Part shown: positions 35,617 through 49,067 of the stretch, one piece after another
Layout of the letters: every line of letters starts with the position of its first letter
Position numbering within the stretch: position 1 is the stretch's first letter
Assembly (NCBI GenBank): GCA_040954595.2
Contig: CM082589.2
Span: 11,482,894 to 11,546,893, forward strand
Length of the DNA: 64,000 nt
Direction: 5' to 3'
Origin: Balanoglossus misakiensis
Taxonomy: Eukaryota > Animalia > Hemichordata
The notes under the pieces: generated by a model
Databases searched by the model: none
The model's input: the letters and a program-made list of their open reading frames with translations, nothing else
Told to the model about the DNA's origin: nothing
Position numbers and translations under genes: made by a program

Positions 35617-38600
35617 TATATTGTCCATTCTTTTTAAGAGAAGGCTGGCTGCTGTAGAAAAATGTTGATCTCAAATGTATCATGTCCAAAAAAAGGCAGA
35701 CTTCCAGCCCTATTGGTTAGGCTGGCATTAGGTATGTACATAATTAATGAGGCAAGACATAATATTCCATTACATAGTTCCATAACTCCAAGTGTCAAGG
35801 ATGTATCTGTGCCGGATGCCAAGATATAGGAATGTAGGTCAAAGTTTACCCAAGATCACCCAAAAGTTTGTCAAAAGATTTTGACCCCAGAGTTGTCCAT
35901 GTCCAGGTTACCACATCCACTAGAATAAGATATGCACATATTTAATGAGGTTACCATAGCTCAAGGGGGTCTTTAATTAACCATCAACATTTAGTTTCAT
36001 ATTAATGCATGTTAATATAATACACTGTATCTATAACCCTACTGGTAAGCCTAGAATTAGGTACATGCGAAAGTTTTTGACAAGATAGATAAGTTGTAAA
36101 ATATGTACATGAACCTGACAATTGACTTAAAATAACATAAGGCAGACTTGATACTTATCGGAGATAGATACTAATAACAACAGTGATGTTAATTACACCG
36201 GGAATGTTTGTCTTATTATAGCTACATGTAAAAGACTGCTTGAGGTAATGTAATTAAAGTGACCACTTGCGATTCACCTTCAAAGTGCTATGCAAGTACA
36301 TTGTTTTTCCAATGATTGGACAAAGGATATTCATAATGTGTAATTAAGGCTGGATAGCATTTTCAATGTAATAAGCCCTGCCTTCACTATAATCTTACGC
36401 CAAATCAACATTGTTCAATTTATGTTAATAATTTCACTAAGGGATACTTGTTACATCAAATTTCCCAGCAAGGGGTGTCAGATTATTGGGCAAGTGGCAT
36501 GCATGACACTAGACGATACTTTTGGAAGCAAAGCGGACAGAACACGGCTGGATATAGACTAGGTAATTCTGAATGTGACCATGAACTGTACCACAGACTC
36601 TGTATTGTATGTTTCTGAAGAATCCCATTTAACCCAGACATCAACATACTTCAACCTTGTAAGAAGTAGAACATACATGATTTACTAGTAAATATTTGCT
36701 AGCTTATTACACACTTTGGATTACACAAAAATAGGTGTGTACACCGCTGTGACATTGCCAAGCAGATATGACCTACCAGGTAACCTAATACAATTTCACA
36801 GGAATCGGAGTATTTTCAGTGAAAACAACATTTCTTCAACAATGACAAAAACTGCCTCAACCACAAAAATTCAGATATCAACAAATCCAACAATATCTCA
36901 CTTCAATCACCACAAGGAACATGCCTACCAAAATTGAAAGCAATTTGACATGCGGTTTCAAAGAATACAAATTGCAAAAATTGCCTCAAGACCACAAATA
37001 TGCAAATTTCACCAAAATGATATACAACATTACTTGGGTTACCTCATGGAACAAGCAAACCAAAATTTAAATGCAACCTGACCTGACATGGAGTTTCAGA
37101 GAAAATGATTTTTGACCAAAAATGACAAAATTATATTTCCCAAAAATTACAAATTTTGCCACAATTTAAACAATACTAACAAAGATTACCTATAGGAAAT
37201 AGCATACTAAATTCTAGATACAATTCACGATATTAGCTGAAAGTATATCAGGCGTGACATAAGCTACATGCATACAAATGTTCAAAGCAATCTGACCAGT
37301 TGTTGAGTTTCTGAGTTTTGATCAATTTCACATTGCTCCAGGTAATTAGCATATTTCATTTGAACAGGCGTGCCTGCATCTAAAAACCCAATATCAAGAC
37401 TTACCACACAGACTCTGTATTGTATGTTTCTGGAGTAATCAAATAAAACCAATCATGAAAATACTTCAACCTTCTTAATATGAACAAAATCCTATTTACA
37501 GGCTGGCCTACATCTACACACCAAATATCAAGGGGATACGCGAAGGGGTTTTCAAGTTTTTGATGTGGACAGACATACATACATCCATACATACTACATA
37601 CACACATACAGAGGCAACTGACTGGTCAGAAGGCATGAGCAAAAATGCAGGAAATCAATGTTGTGACACTGGTAGTAGGCCTTAATGTATACAATATCAA
37701 GACAGTTTATTTAACATGAAGTTTGATATGTTCATAATCATTCAGAGCTAAGCATATTTTGAAATTGTAAAATTAATATCAATCACATGAAAACTGACAG
37801 CATGCTTTCATTTGGGAATTTAGGTATTGTAATTAACACTAACAGTCATGAAACTATTGAATCGTCAATAAAATCATACAGTAGAAATTAATGGGTTTTC
37901 TATTTATATGCGATGTGAAAATGCAACTTGTGGTCCTTCGGCCAGTAAGAGGCATCAGATAATATTGTAAGACCCAGTTGCCCAATTGATTAGACCTACA
38001 TGTATGCGCTGTGTGAAGCGCAAGTTATGGCAACTGAATTCACAGGACACTGAAGAAAGTGGAATCACTCAAGGTACATATGTATACATGTAGGCTAACA
38101 ATCACAACACAGAGAATAGTTCTCCATATTCATTTTTAATACGATAAGTTTCACTGAATTGGCGCATCCATGGGCAGGCAAGGTTAGTTCCAACTCAGTT
38201 TGCAAATCAGGCCCATGTATCTTGTTCCCTGAGACTGTCTGCTTCTAATAATAGCTGTAAGAACATAATCGTTGACCGAATGGTTGGTTCAATTTTGCGA
38301 CATTTTATGATTTCAAGCTGTGCAATATTTGCAACTCAGTTTCAACTTTGGTTGGAGGGATGATGATGAAGCAATTTCACTGACAAAATAGCACTACTAA
38401 CTGACGTCAATATTTGTTCAAAGTTAAATGCATTGCCATCAGAAAAATGTATACGAAAAGTTTCGTATGTGAATAATAACACTTTTTCGCATAACTGCAA
38501 ACCCTGTCACAGTTGTGAAATTCTAAGAAAATTCATTCATTAGGTAGAATTCGTGCTTTATGAATTCTTAAACAAACTTAGTCATGAAACCTAAATGGTT

Positions 38601-39328
38601 ACCTTACACATGTGGAGGCTCGACTTCTGTGATATGATAGTCTTTAATTAATGTGTATGTGATTCCATACAAATCCATATGATTACCTGAACATACAAAA
38701 TAAATTAAAAATAAATACATAAATTAAAAATAAATAAGTATCTCATACATATGCATAAGTGCTTGTGAGAAATATATCATATATCTAAATAAACCTGTCA
38801 TTTATTGACCTCATTTTCCCAGTAAACCAAAGGACTAAATTGCACTTTAATATTACAGCTTCATTTCAATGCAACAGGTACACTACATCATAAGGGAACA
38901 AATATGCCAGCTCAACATTTATATAAACAGTGTCAAAATATAAATGGCTACAAAAGCTTGTGTCCCTTCAATCCATTCTCCCACTCAGGTCAAACGTGTT
39001 ACATATTAAAATTGCAATGTGCATAATATACAATTAGTCTTTTGTAAATTCAGACTGAGAAAATATGACTGATAAACATTATCTGGCACATGTTGGTGAA
39101 TGGCTGGCGTTGATGTTGTGGGTTGAAATCCGAACTATGATTATCGCGGGTACAAATCACATTTATTTTCTCAGAGACAACACGTTTGCAACTTCGGGAC
39201 AGAAAGGTGAAAACGAACGTCATTAGTTCTTGGGAAAAAACTCTGAAATCAATTTCATTGAGGTCAAATGTGTTCCAAAGGCAAACCGTTTGTGGTAAAC
39301 AAATCAATGGCAAATAGTTACTTCGGCG

Positions 39329-39526
39329 ACTTACCAATCAATCAACATGGCTGCCAAATCGTTGGATATCCCGGTTTCATCTCGCGATCATTCTATCTTC
39401 CGATATGGCGTTGCTTGGTTAAATTCGTCTCTTCTTTGCCGACATAGTCGGGCGACAGCGGTCCAGAAGCATATACAGCGACGCCATCTTGTTTACAATG
39501 TGAAGTATCAACTGCGCATGCTCAAT
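39329..39526 (-). promoter_or_regulatory. CpG-rich promoter/first exon facing outward
   Basis: NRF1-like tgcgcatgc (39513), YY1-like aagatggcg on the minus strand (39482-90) and donor g|gtaagt at 39334. Confidence 0.5.
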
Positions 39527-39999
39527 GGTTGTTGATTGGAAAGTGGGCAGAGCCTGCAAGATCCAGGGTTCGCTTGACCGGCCAAACGCGGTTATTCTCC
39601 CTGGACCAAATCATTTAAGCGTCAGGCGTAATACATCACATAATTGACTGGAAAACTAAACAGTCTTCCACCTATATATCAACACAGTTTATTAAACCAG
39701 CACCCGCGCAAATATTCACAAGTATATGATTAAAATTGATGAAATCATTAATCGCACGGTTACAGCTGTCATAGTTTCTAATAATATTATTCACTGGTAG
39801 CGCTGACATACCATGTTGAAACTTGTCGCGGAAAACAAGATAATTGATCTTACGGTGTCATTTGTTTTTAAAAAGTGCTTAATAACTATTGATCCCATTG
39901 ATATATTTTTTCCATATTTATATATTTTTCGCAAATTTTGACTGCTTGGGCTACTAATAGCATGGTGATCACAATGGATTTACCACCTCCCAGCTGCCT

Positions 40000-42240
40000 T
40001 ATAAAAGAATGCCTATTCTGTGGACACTAGCCTCATCGAAGACCGAACGTGTTCATCGATGTTTCCATTCATGACGAACTCCAATGCAGGCGTCGCAGTC
40101 ATTCTGGCTTTCACGCTGTGGGCACCTCTGGTGACAGCAATTCCCAACAAGTTGCGGGTAAGTAATCACACAACCTATATGAGTGAAAGTTTCTTGTCAT
40201 TTTCGCAACGTCAAGGTTGATATTCTCTTCTTGGATCGAAAATGTGTGACACAACAAATGAATCTGCGTGGCAGGGTCGGCTGTGTCTTTTGCTTCGAGG
40301 CATAGTCGTCAGACACACATCCCTAACACGCGAAGCCAGCTTATCCTTTGATCAAATGGCAGCGCTATTCTAAATATTTTACAGCATGCCCTAAAGGACA
40401 AACACGTGCCGCTGGAAGAGGCCAACACTCAGCAGAGACGGCAAGATGTTAACGGAGGTGAGCCCCAACAATAAATTAATATTGTTCCTTTTATTTAGAA
40501 AACGCCGCATAATTAGCCAACCAATCATGGTTATGAGAAACCTCCAAAATACAATGTATCGATATTTACTGCATCTGTTCATACTTCGCCCGCGCTTTAA
40601 AAACCCTATAGCTGCTAAAATTGGCATATTTTTTTCCAGAGTAAAATACTTCGTATGTATATTCCCTATTCCCTAAAATCTTCACCCGTGACCATTGAGC
40701 CATATTACTTGCATTTGCATTGGTTTGTCATAACTTGGCGTCGCATTTCACGATAGCTGCTTAGCTGCTATTGTTTGTATGAAGGCTGATTAAATCGGTG
40801 AGGCACCGTTTTAATACATAGCATGTTCCAATTGCAACATGCAGTCACAATCGGGCATCGATAAGATGTTTATGTATACCTATCAGTAAGCTTATTTTGA
40901 TGAACCAATTTAAGTTGGAAAATAAAATCATGAAAATAATGCTAAAAGTGGCAGCTTTGGAGGCTTTAAACTACAGTTCTCCCAAATTGTCTTGACTAAA
41001 TGACATACATGTGGTCAAAAGTTCTGACTGCAGAAGAGGTTGCAGCTGTGGCGGGGGACTGTTCAATTGGAGGAAATATATTTACATGGAATAAAGACAA
41101 TATTGAAATGGCAGCAGAAATAGTTCCTACTGAAAAGAATGCTATCTGCAGTGAGTATCACAACTTTAAAATGAAAGATTTTGCAAATTAAAAAAAAATA
41201 TTGAGTGTTTTGACATGCGTCAGTGGTCAGTAACACACAAGCTGCATGATAAGAGGGTCACGAGAAATTGTAAGCCGCAATGTATAATGGATTAACTCCA
41301 TGACCTATGCGACCTACGAACTGTGACGTACAGAATTTATTTCTACGTGTAATGCGGTCTGCGGCAGTGAGCCACAGACCGCATTGCGAGAGCAGTGAGA
41401 ATTCACCACAATGCAAACTTTCTGAACGTAGGTTGATCTTCGAATGAAATATTACCTTGTCACCAGTTTTCCACATGGCTACACTGTAAAATTGGGTGAC
41501 GTGTTCGTTCACAAGTGGAATAATTGTGAGTAGTAAAGCACGCGAAGTTAAGCAACGAGCACGTTTTGAAATGCGCGCAGATGATCCCAGTTTAGCAAAT
41601 TCAGGCCATTGCGTGCATGCAAAATAAAATAATACTGTACCGGGGGTGAGCCTACTTTCTTTCCATACAGATACACGTATATGTTGGTTAAGGTATGTGA
41701 CAAACAGTTTTCATGTAACAGCCAGTGATGCTGACCATAAAACCAGCGCAGCTGATGCTTTCATCTACAATTTGCAACATGGATGTTTGTGTCTCTGCAT
41801 GTGTCGTGCATGTTACTGCTGAACAAAAAAGATATGCGGGCACCACAGGCTGGCGAAAGCGGTGCTCACGTGCTCCGCAAGCTGATGTTGTCACTAAATT
41901 GGCAAAGTATTGTACACATGGAGGAGTTTCTTGAGCTGTCTGTTGTATAAATGTCGGTTGTGAGTACATTATTTTTTATTTTATTTTAATAATTTTCAAA
42001 GCCCCTATGATTGAAGCATATTATTACGACTCATCCGTTCATCATTCATTCATTCATTCATTCATTCATTCATTCATTCATTCATTCATTCATTCATTCA
42101 TCCATTCAGTCAGTCACTGTACCAATTGAAGACGCCCTTGTATAGGAGAATTTAGCTATGTACTGACTGTCTTTTCATTTTTTCTTCATCCTATAGAATC
42201 TACCGACCTGGTCGCTGTCAATAACAATTCAACTCCTTAA
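40000..42240 (+). pseudogene. Internally deleted secreted pentraxin-family gene
   Basis: TATAAAA at 40000. Signal-peptide exon MTNSNAGVAVILAFTLWAPLVTAIPNKLR|gtaagt (40071-40157). Pentraxin C-terminus YMWSKVLTAEEVAAVAGDCSIGGNIFTW...C|gtgagt (~41000-41150) lacks an acceptor and its N-terminal part. Phase-compatible last exon 42197-42240. Confidence 0.6.
42037..42110 (+). repeat. (TTCA)n microsatellite
   Basis: Directly visible. Confidence 0.95.
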
Positions 42241-44599
42241 ACATCCTGTGTGTGTGAAGTCTATGAACACTGGCCATGCATTTCAATTCAAGGACAAAAT
42301 GAATGCGCAATATTTCGTTTTATCGAGAGTAATGTGCAGTGATTAAATTTGCTAGGGCTCTCTTAGCAGATTTGGAGTTAGTCATTTTGGTAGAAACTTT
42401 TCGAGATGGGAAATCTTTGGTCATCTAACCAAGTTATTTGTATTTTTGTTATATAAGACAGAGTCATTTCTATATCATAGATGCAAGTTTAATTTATAAC
42501 ATGAATTTGAATAAAATATTTTTTTTAAATATCACCACATGAATTTGAATAAAATATTTTTTTTAAATATCACCAGATTGAAATCTTTGGAAGTTTGCAC
42601 TTAGAGGGATGGCATGGCAGTTTTCCACTGTTCATATTACAAAGAATTTGGCGTCACGTGTAGATTTCATGAGTGTTCGAGTTTTGCTCTTCCCAGCCTC
42701 GTACCCACAATCCTCTGATACTTACACTTACGTCAGTTCTATAGCCGCTGACCCACTAGATTCTCCTTATGAATTGCCCAAATTATTTTTTGGTATAGTT
42801 TTGATAGTTAGTGCACGGAAACTTTTGATCGATTCACGAAATTCAAAATATGTTACATCACAAACCTCATAAAAAGGAGGCTAGAGTAGCCTGTTTGTTT
42901 TCAGGTAATTTTACAATTACCTCAATTACCTTTTTTCGAGGGAGGGGGTTAAGAAAACATACAGATTGAAATAACAAGGAAGTGGTATATCAAACCGAAA
43001 CCTTATCTCAATCGTGATTCTAGAGTGTTTCCATGTCATGTGACATCCACACAAATGTGGTATTATCTTGAAAAGAGTCCCGATTTCCCAAACTGGTTTT
43101 GCGAATGTACTTCACTTTGGAGCAATGCATGAGTACATTCGTAGAAAGATATTGCTCCACTATTTACTGACACTCCTCTTGTACTGCAAATATTACTGCA
43201 TTCTGTCAGGGCAAGACAAAAGACACAGCAGAACTGCCAGAATTAAAACAGACAACTGGCAATTTCAATAAAACATGTAATAACAAATATATGTAACATT
43301 GACGAGGTGTCCATACAGCTTGGTCATTTAAAGACCTCCAGTCATTGTGACAATGCATAAATATTTATGTACACCATATTAAAAATTAGTTCAGGCATAC
43401 CTTATACATGTATGTTTTTGACTGACCATATCCTCAGCACGCCCTTTTTTTCAAAAAGACTATCATTATTCTCTGCCAGGCAGAGAGTTGCCGCTTTCTT
43501 GTTAACAATAATATACTATTATAACATTGCATAGATTCCTGTTTGTTTCTGTCCATATCTCACAAACTGTGGTGTGCATACTGTTGAAATGACCTCAAGA
43601 AGAAAATGCCAAATGGAAAAATATTTGACATACTAACCTGTATGATAATGTTATACGGTACAATATATTTAACGGTTCCAATCCAATGTTGAGAACTAAC
43701 AAAACAATTTGAGCAGAATTCATTTAAAATTAATTGCAGTTCCGTTTCACCGCATTTCATAGGATGCTGGCTAAAATTCATACTATGGTGGATTACCTGT
43801 TATGCATTTCTTTCCCTATTTCGTCTGGCAGATTTGAGTTTGACAAGCTGTCATTTTCCTTTCAGCTCCGCAAAATTGATGGATTTACTTTGACAGCACA
43901 CAGACTGTCCATTTGTCATCGGAGATACAAGCAGCATCAGTTGCTGAACAGCTTGCAGCAGTGTTGGAAAAGAGTACACAACACTAACTTGCAAGAGTGC
44001 TTTGGCCCTTTCTTCACACTGTCCGAAACTTGTTGTGTTACATCATTGCTTAATGAATAAGAAATACACAGGTATTTAGCGTTCTATTCAATACCTACAA
44101 TAGATAAAAGGGTGTCGGTCTGTATGCGACAATCTTCAATGTTCTTATGAGCACAAGGCTTTATTCAGGGAACGTTTTACAGTAAGAATTATATGATATA
44201 AACTGAATAAGTTTGTTGTCTGTCAACTCTTCTGTCTTTGTCTTACCGATACGGTTCTAACCGCAAACACTGAGGCTTCTCTGCTCGTACACAGTATAAA
44301 TCAATGGATGATAAAATGCGCCCTCTTTTGGTGAACTCTTCGTACCGCCCGACCTTCTACCTTACATTAAGGCATGTAGGGCGGTCAGGTAGATGGCAGT
44401 GTATTGCAAGCGTCTCTTGCATATTTTTTTCCGCCAGGAATGGCATACATTCGTTTTTGGCGACACCACAACTGCTGGAACTTCTCGAAAAATTGAGAGC
44501 CGGATTTCATAAATGCTCATGTTTTCCGAAGGGCTGAAAGAAGATCCGGAGTGGAATATTTAAATTTGCCTGTGGCAGACATCATAGTGGCTGCCAGTT

Positions 44600-44785
44600 A
44601 TTCTATTTCTTGTGCAAGAGATAGTATCTTGTTCCAGCGAGATGTTTTCTCGTGTGCACGAGAAACATGCTATCTCGTGCATATCTCGTGCGCACGAGAA
44701 AATTGCGAGCGCACTCGTGTTCACGAGAAAATATCACATGCACACGTAAGTCGTGCGCACGAGATAAAAAAATGTGCCCTGTAGT
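44600..44785. repeat. Cluster of palindromic tctcgtgcgcacgaga motifs (MITE-like)
   Basis: At least four copies of ctcgtg(c/t)(g/t)cacgag within 180 bp. Confidence 0.6.
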
Positions 44786-45834
44786 CTTTCTTAGGACATG
44801 GTAGCGTGACGTCGCATTGTAATTAACGGACGATCTTGGAAATTCGGCTATTAATGGTGAATGGACTTTCGCCTCCTTCGAACAACAACAGAGACTGACG
44901 TCGCAACAATGACAGAAAAAGTGAAGCAAATGGCCGACAAAACGAAGAGAATCGGAAAACGGGCAGGATCCTCGGCACAGACATCTGGGAATAATACCAC
45001 CACATCAAATAGAACGACGAGTAGTGCAGGACAAACCGCCACCAGTGACTATGACAACAAGTCTGAAGGCGATGCTGGCGAACCCTTGCACAATACAACT
45101 ACAGTCCTACAGAGAAATGCAGCCCAGCGCCACTCAAGATTTTCCATTCCTGGTCTGGCAGCAGCCAAAATATGTTGTTGTTTTTTCTCTTAGAAGCGAC
45201 CTCAGTCTGAGCTGCATGAGAATAAACTGTAGGTTGGGAATACAACAAAAAAACACGCAGTCGCTGCGGTCAACACGTAGCTATTAGTTTCGGTTTTATG
45301 TTCGCTACAGCTCGGAAACCAAAATGTGGTACAACTTCAAGCTACATAAACTGGAAAGCATAGTACGTGCAGAGCAGACCATGGTGACGAAAGCAGGTAT
45401 TCTAGGTCGTAAGATAAAAACACGGCGCTAGAAAAACAGTCATCAAAAGTTGCACGTGTTCCCCGGCCAAAAATAATGTAATTGTTGGCGCACAGAAAGT
45501 CCAGTCGATAAACGTTTACGCTATAGAAACTCACTCTCTCAGCAAAAGTCTGACACCCTCGTCAATGACAAAACGCAAACCGAGCTGGGTATGATCAAGT
45601 CAAACATAGGGCCAATCCCCACTCTGTGTTTTATTATTTTCCACATACGATGGTTCTAAATAAAAATGTACCTATTTGAAATGCTTACCGAGGTAAGATC
45701 ATTGAAAGTTTTCAAACGTTGATGACAAATGTATAACTGATTTTTTACAAATGAATAATCGCGCACTTGCATGTTATTTTCTCTATACCAGACACCGCGC
45801 GCGCGCCGTTGGCAAAAAAAAAACGCGGAAAATT

Positions 45835-46032
45835 ATTGAGCATGCGCAGTCGATACTTCACAATGTAAACAAGATGGAGTCGCTGCCTATGCTTCTCGAC
45901 CGCTGTCGCCTGACTATGTCGGCAAAGAAGAGACGAATTTAACCATGCAACGCCATATCGGAAGACAGAATGATCGCGAGATGAAACCAGGCTATCCAAC
46001 GATTAGGCAGCCATGTTGACTGATTGGTATGT
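45835..46032 (+). promoter_or_regulatory. Paralogous promoter/first exon facing outward
   Basis: gcatgcgca, aagatggag and donor g|gtatgt at 46027. Reverse complement of 39329-39526. Confidence 0.45.
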
Positions 46033-47481
46033 CGCCGAAGTAATTATTTGCCATTGATTTGTTTACCAGAAACGGTTTGCCTTTGGAACACATTTGGCCT
46101 CACCGAAATTGATTTCAGAGGTTTTTTCCCAAAAACTAATGACGTTCGTTTTCACCTGAGTGCGAGGATGGATTGAAGGGACACAAGCTTTTGTAGCCAC
46201 CAATATTTTGACACTCTTTATATCAATGTTGAGCTGGCATATTTGCTCCAATATGATGTAGTGTACCTGTTGCATTGAAATGAAGCTGTAATAATATTAC
46301 AGTGCAATCTAGTCCTTTGGGTTAATAGGAAAACGAGGTCAATAAATGACAGGTTTATTTAAATACAGGATATATTTATCACAAGCACTTATGCATATGT
46401 ATGAGATACTTATTTATTTTTAATTTATTTTTTATTTTTTATTTATTTTGTACGTTCAGGTAATCATATGGATTTGTATGGAATCACATACACATTAATT
46501 GAAGACTATCATATCACAGAAGTCGAGCCGCCAGATGTGTAAGGTAACCATTTAGGTTTCATGACTAAGTTTGTTTAAGAATTCATAAAGCTACCCAATG
46601 AATGAATTTCCTTAAAATTTCACAAATGTGACAGAGTTTGCAGTTGTGCAAGAAAGTGTGTATTATTCACATAAGAATTTTTTCGTATGCATTTTTCTGA
46701 TGGCAATGCATTTGACTGTAAACAAATATGGATGTCAGTTAGTAGTGCTATTTTGTCAGTGAAATGGCTTCATCATCATCCCTCCAACCAAAGTTGAAAC
46801 AGAGTTGCAAATATTGCACAGCTTGAAATCATAAAATGTTGCAAAATTGAACCAACCCTTTGGTCAACGATTATGTTCTTACAGCTATTATTAGAACCAG
46901 ACAGTCTCAGGGAACAAGAGACATGGGCCTGATTTGCAAGTTGAGTTAGAACTGCCTTTGCCTGCCCACGGACGCCCCAATTTCAGCAAAAATTATTGCA
47001 TTAAAATATGAGTATGGAGAACTATGCTCTGTGTTTCTTTTGTTAGCTTACATAGCTGTTGTCATTCTAGTTTTTCCTCCGTCCTGTGAGCAGAGTTTCA
47101 GTTGCGAAAACCGACAGTTCTCAAAGTACAAAAGTACACCTAAATTGCCTCGGTGATGAGCATGCAGAATTTATCTGATGCTTCTTACTGGCAGAAGGAC
47201 CCCACCAGTTGCAGATTGTGAATTCCATGGCACAAGGGAATTTACGCTTTGCGTTCAAATATAAATAATTAAATCCTGTAAAATTATTCTATATGTTATT
47301 TATTGATGATTCAAAAGTGTTATGACTGATTGTGTTAGAGTACCTGTATTCCATATAAGCATGCTGTCAGTGCACATCCGATTGATAACAATTTCACATT
47401 TTTAAAAATTTGCTTCTCTGAATAATTATGAATACATAAAACTTCATATGATATAAATTGTCCTGATATCGTAAACATTAA

Positions 47482-47936
47482 ACCCCGATGCGTTGTATAA
47501 AAGACCCCCCAAATCAGTGGCGAATCTTAATGCCGTTTGACTGACAACAGACAACACCAACGATCTTGGCTCTAATGATCTTGGCTCTATGAAAATCGGC
47601 CCAAACAGATCCAAGCATAAAGAATTACACCACACAATGACAGTGGTTGGCTTTATAAACACACACAACATAAAGTTATCGATGAAAAAGTACACGAGCT
47701 TTTGAAACAACGATGATTTTGGGAGAAATCTGGTTTCAGTGCTTTTCAGAAGCATCCCTGGGAAACAATAACCACGCCATTCAAACAGCTGTCAATCGCA
47801 TAGAGGTGTAAAGTGTTCAATTATTTTCTATGTACATGAGATCAATTACACAGTTATTATGCACGACGACCACTCCCAAATAAACAACTGTACAAACACA
47901 CGTTAATCCGAACCCCAGTACTTTCCGCACCGGGGT
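47482..47936. mobile_element. TTAA-specific MITE (piggyBac- or Kolobok-type target)
   Basis: ttaa|accccgatgcg...cgcaccggggt|ttaa. The paralogous left arm has a single ttaa (37682-37685). Confidence 0.75.
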
Positions 47937-49067
47937 TTAAGGCCTAATGCTAGTGTCACAACATTGATTACCAGACCGTTTCCCTCTGTATGTATGTATG
48001 TATGTATGTATGTATGTATGTATGTATGTATGTATGTATGTATGTATGTATGTATGCAGCCATGTATGCATGTGTTTGTGTGTGTGTGTACATGTGTGTA
48101 TGCATGTTACATGTATATATGGATGTATGTCTGCCCTGATCCAAAACATGAAACCATGCTTTTTTTATTTTGGTGTGTAGATGGGATTTTGCTGAAATGA
48201 AGTTGTCAATGCAAAAATACGCAAATAACCTGTGAAATATGTGGAATTGATCAAAACTCAACAACTGGTTAGACTGCTTTGAACATTTGTATGCATGTAG
48301 GTAATGTCATCATACCTGATATACTTTGAGTTTATATCGTGAATTGTCTGTTTTTTATGCAATTATTTTGTCTTGTTTTACCATTTGAAAAAAAATCTTT
48401 TCCTCTTAAAGAGATTGGCTGATTTCTTTAGAATTTAGTATGACACTTCCGGTAGGTGATCTTAGTTGGTTTTGTTTAAATTGTCGCAGAATTTGTAATC
48501 TGTCATTTTTGGTCAAAATTCATTTTCTGAGAAACTCCTTAGATTGCTTTTAAATTTTGGTATGCTTGTTCCAAGAGGTAACCCAAGTAATGTTGTATAT
48601 CATTTTGGTGAAATTTACATATTGTGGTCTTGGGGCAATTTTTGCAATTTGTATTCTTTGAAACTACTAGTCAGATTGCTTTCAACTTTGGTAGGCGTGG
48701 TGATTGAAGTAGATATTATACAATTTGTTGATAGTTGGATAGATGTGGTTTGAGGCAGTTTTTGTCATTGTTGAATGTTGTTTTCCCTAAAATACTTGTC
48801 TGGTTCCTTTGAAATGTTCTTACAGTAGGTCATATCTGCTTGCCAATGTCACATGATTTTTCCCATGAACACAGACATACCTAATTTTGTGTAATCCCCA
48901 GATGGGACCACAGTGTGTAATAACCTGACCAACAGTGACTAGTATATCCTGTGTGTTATACAGTACTTCTCACAAGGTTGAAGTACATGTAGACTGTTGA
49001 TGATTTTTTGCGATTCTTCAGAAACTTACAATACAGAGTCTAATGTGGTAACGTCCATGGTCACATT

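Noticed and set aside
39347-39535. 62-aa ORF conserved in both arms (MAAKSLDIP...)
   Set aside because: Conservation is explained by the duplication. Promoter motifs and the splice donor point to the opposite strand.
42498-42576. 38-bp direct tandem duplication containing AATAAA
   Set aside because: An ordinary local slippage duplication in a probable 3' UTR.
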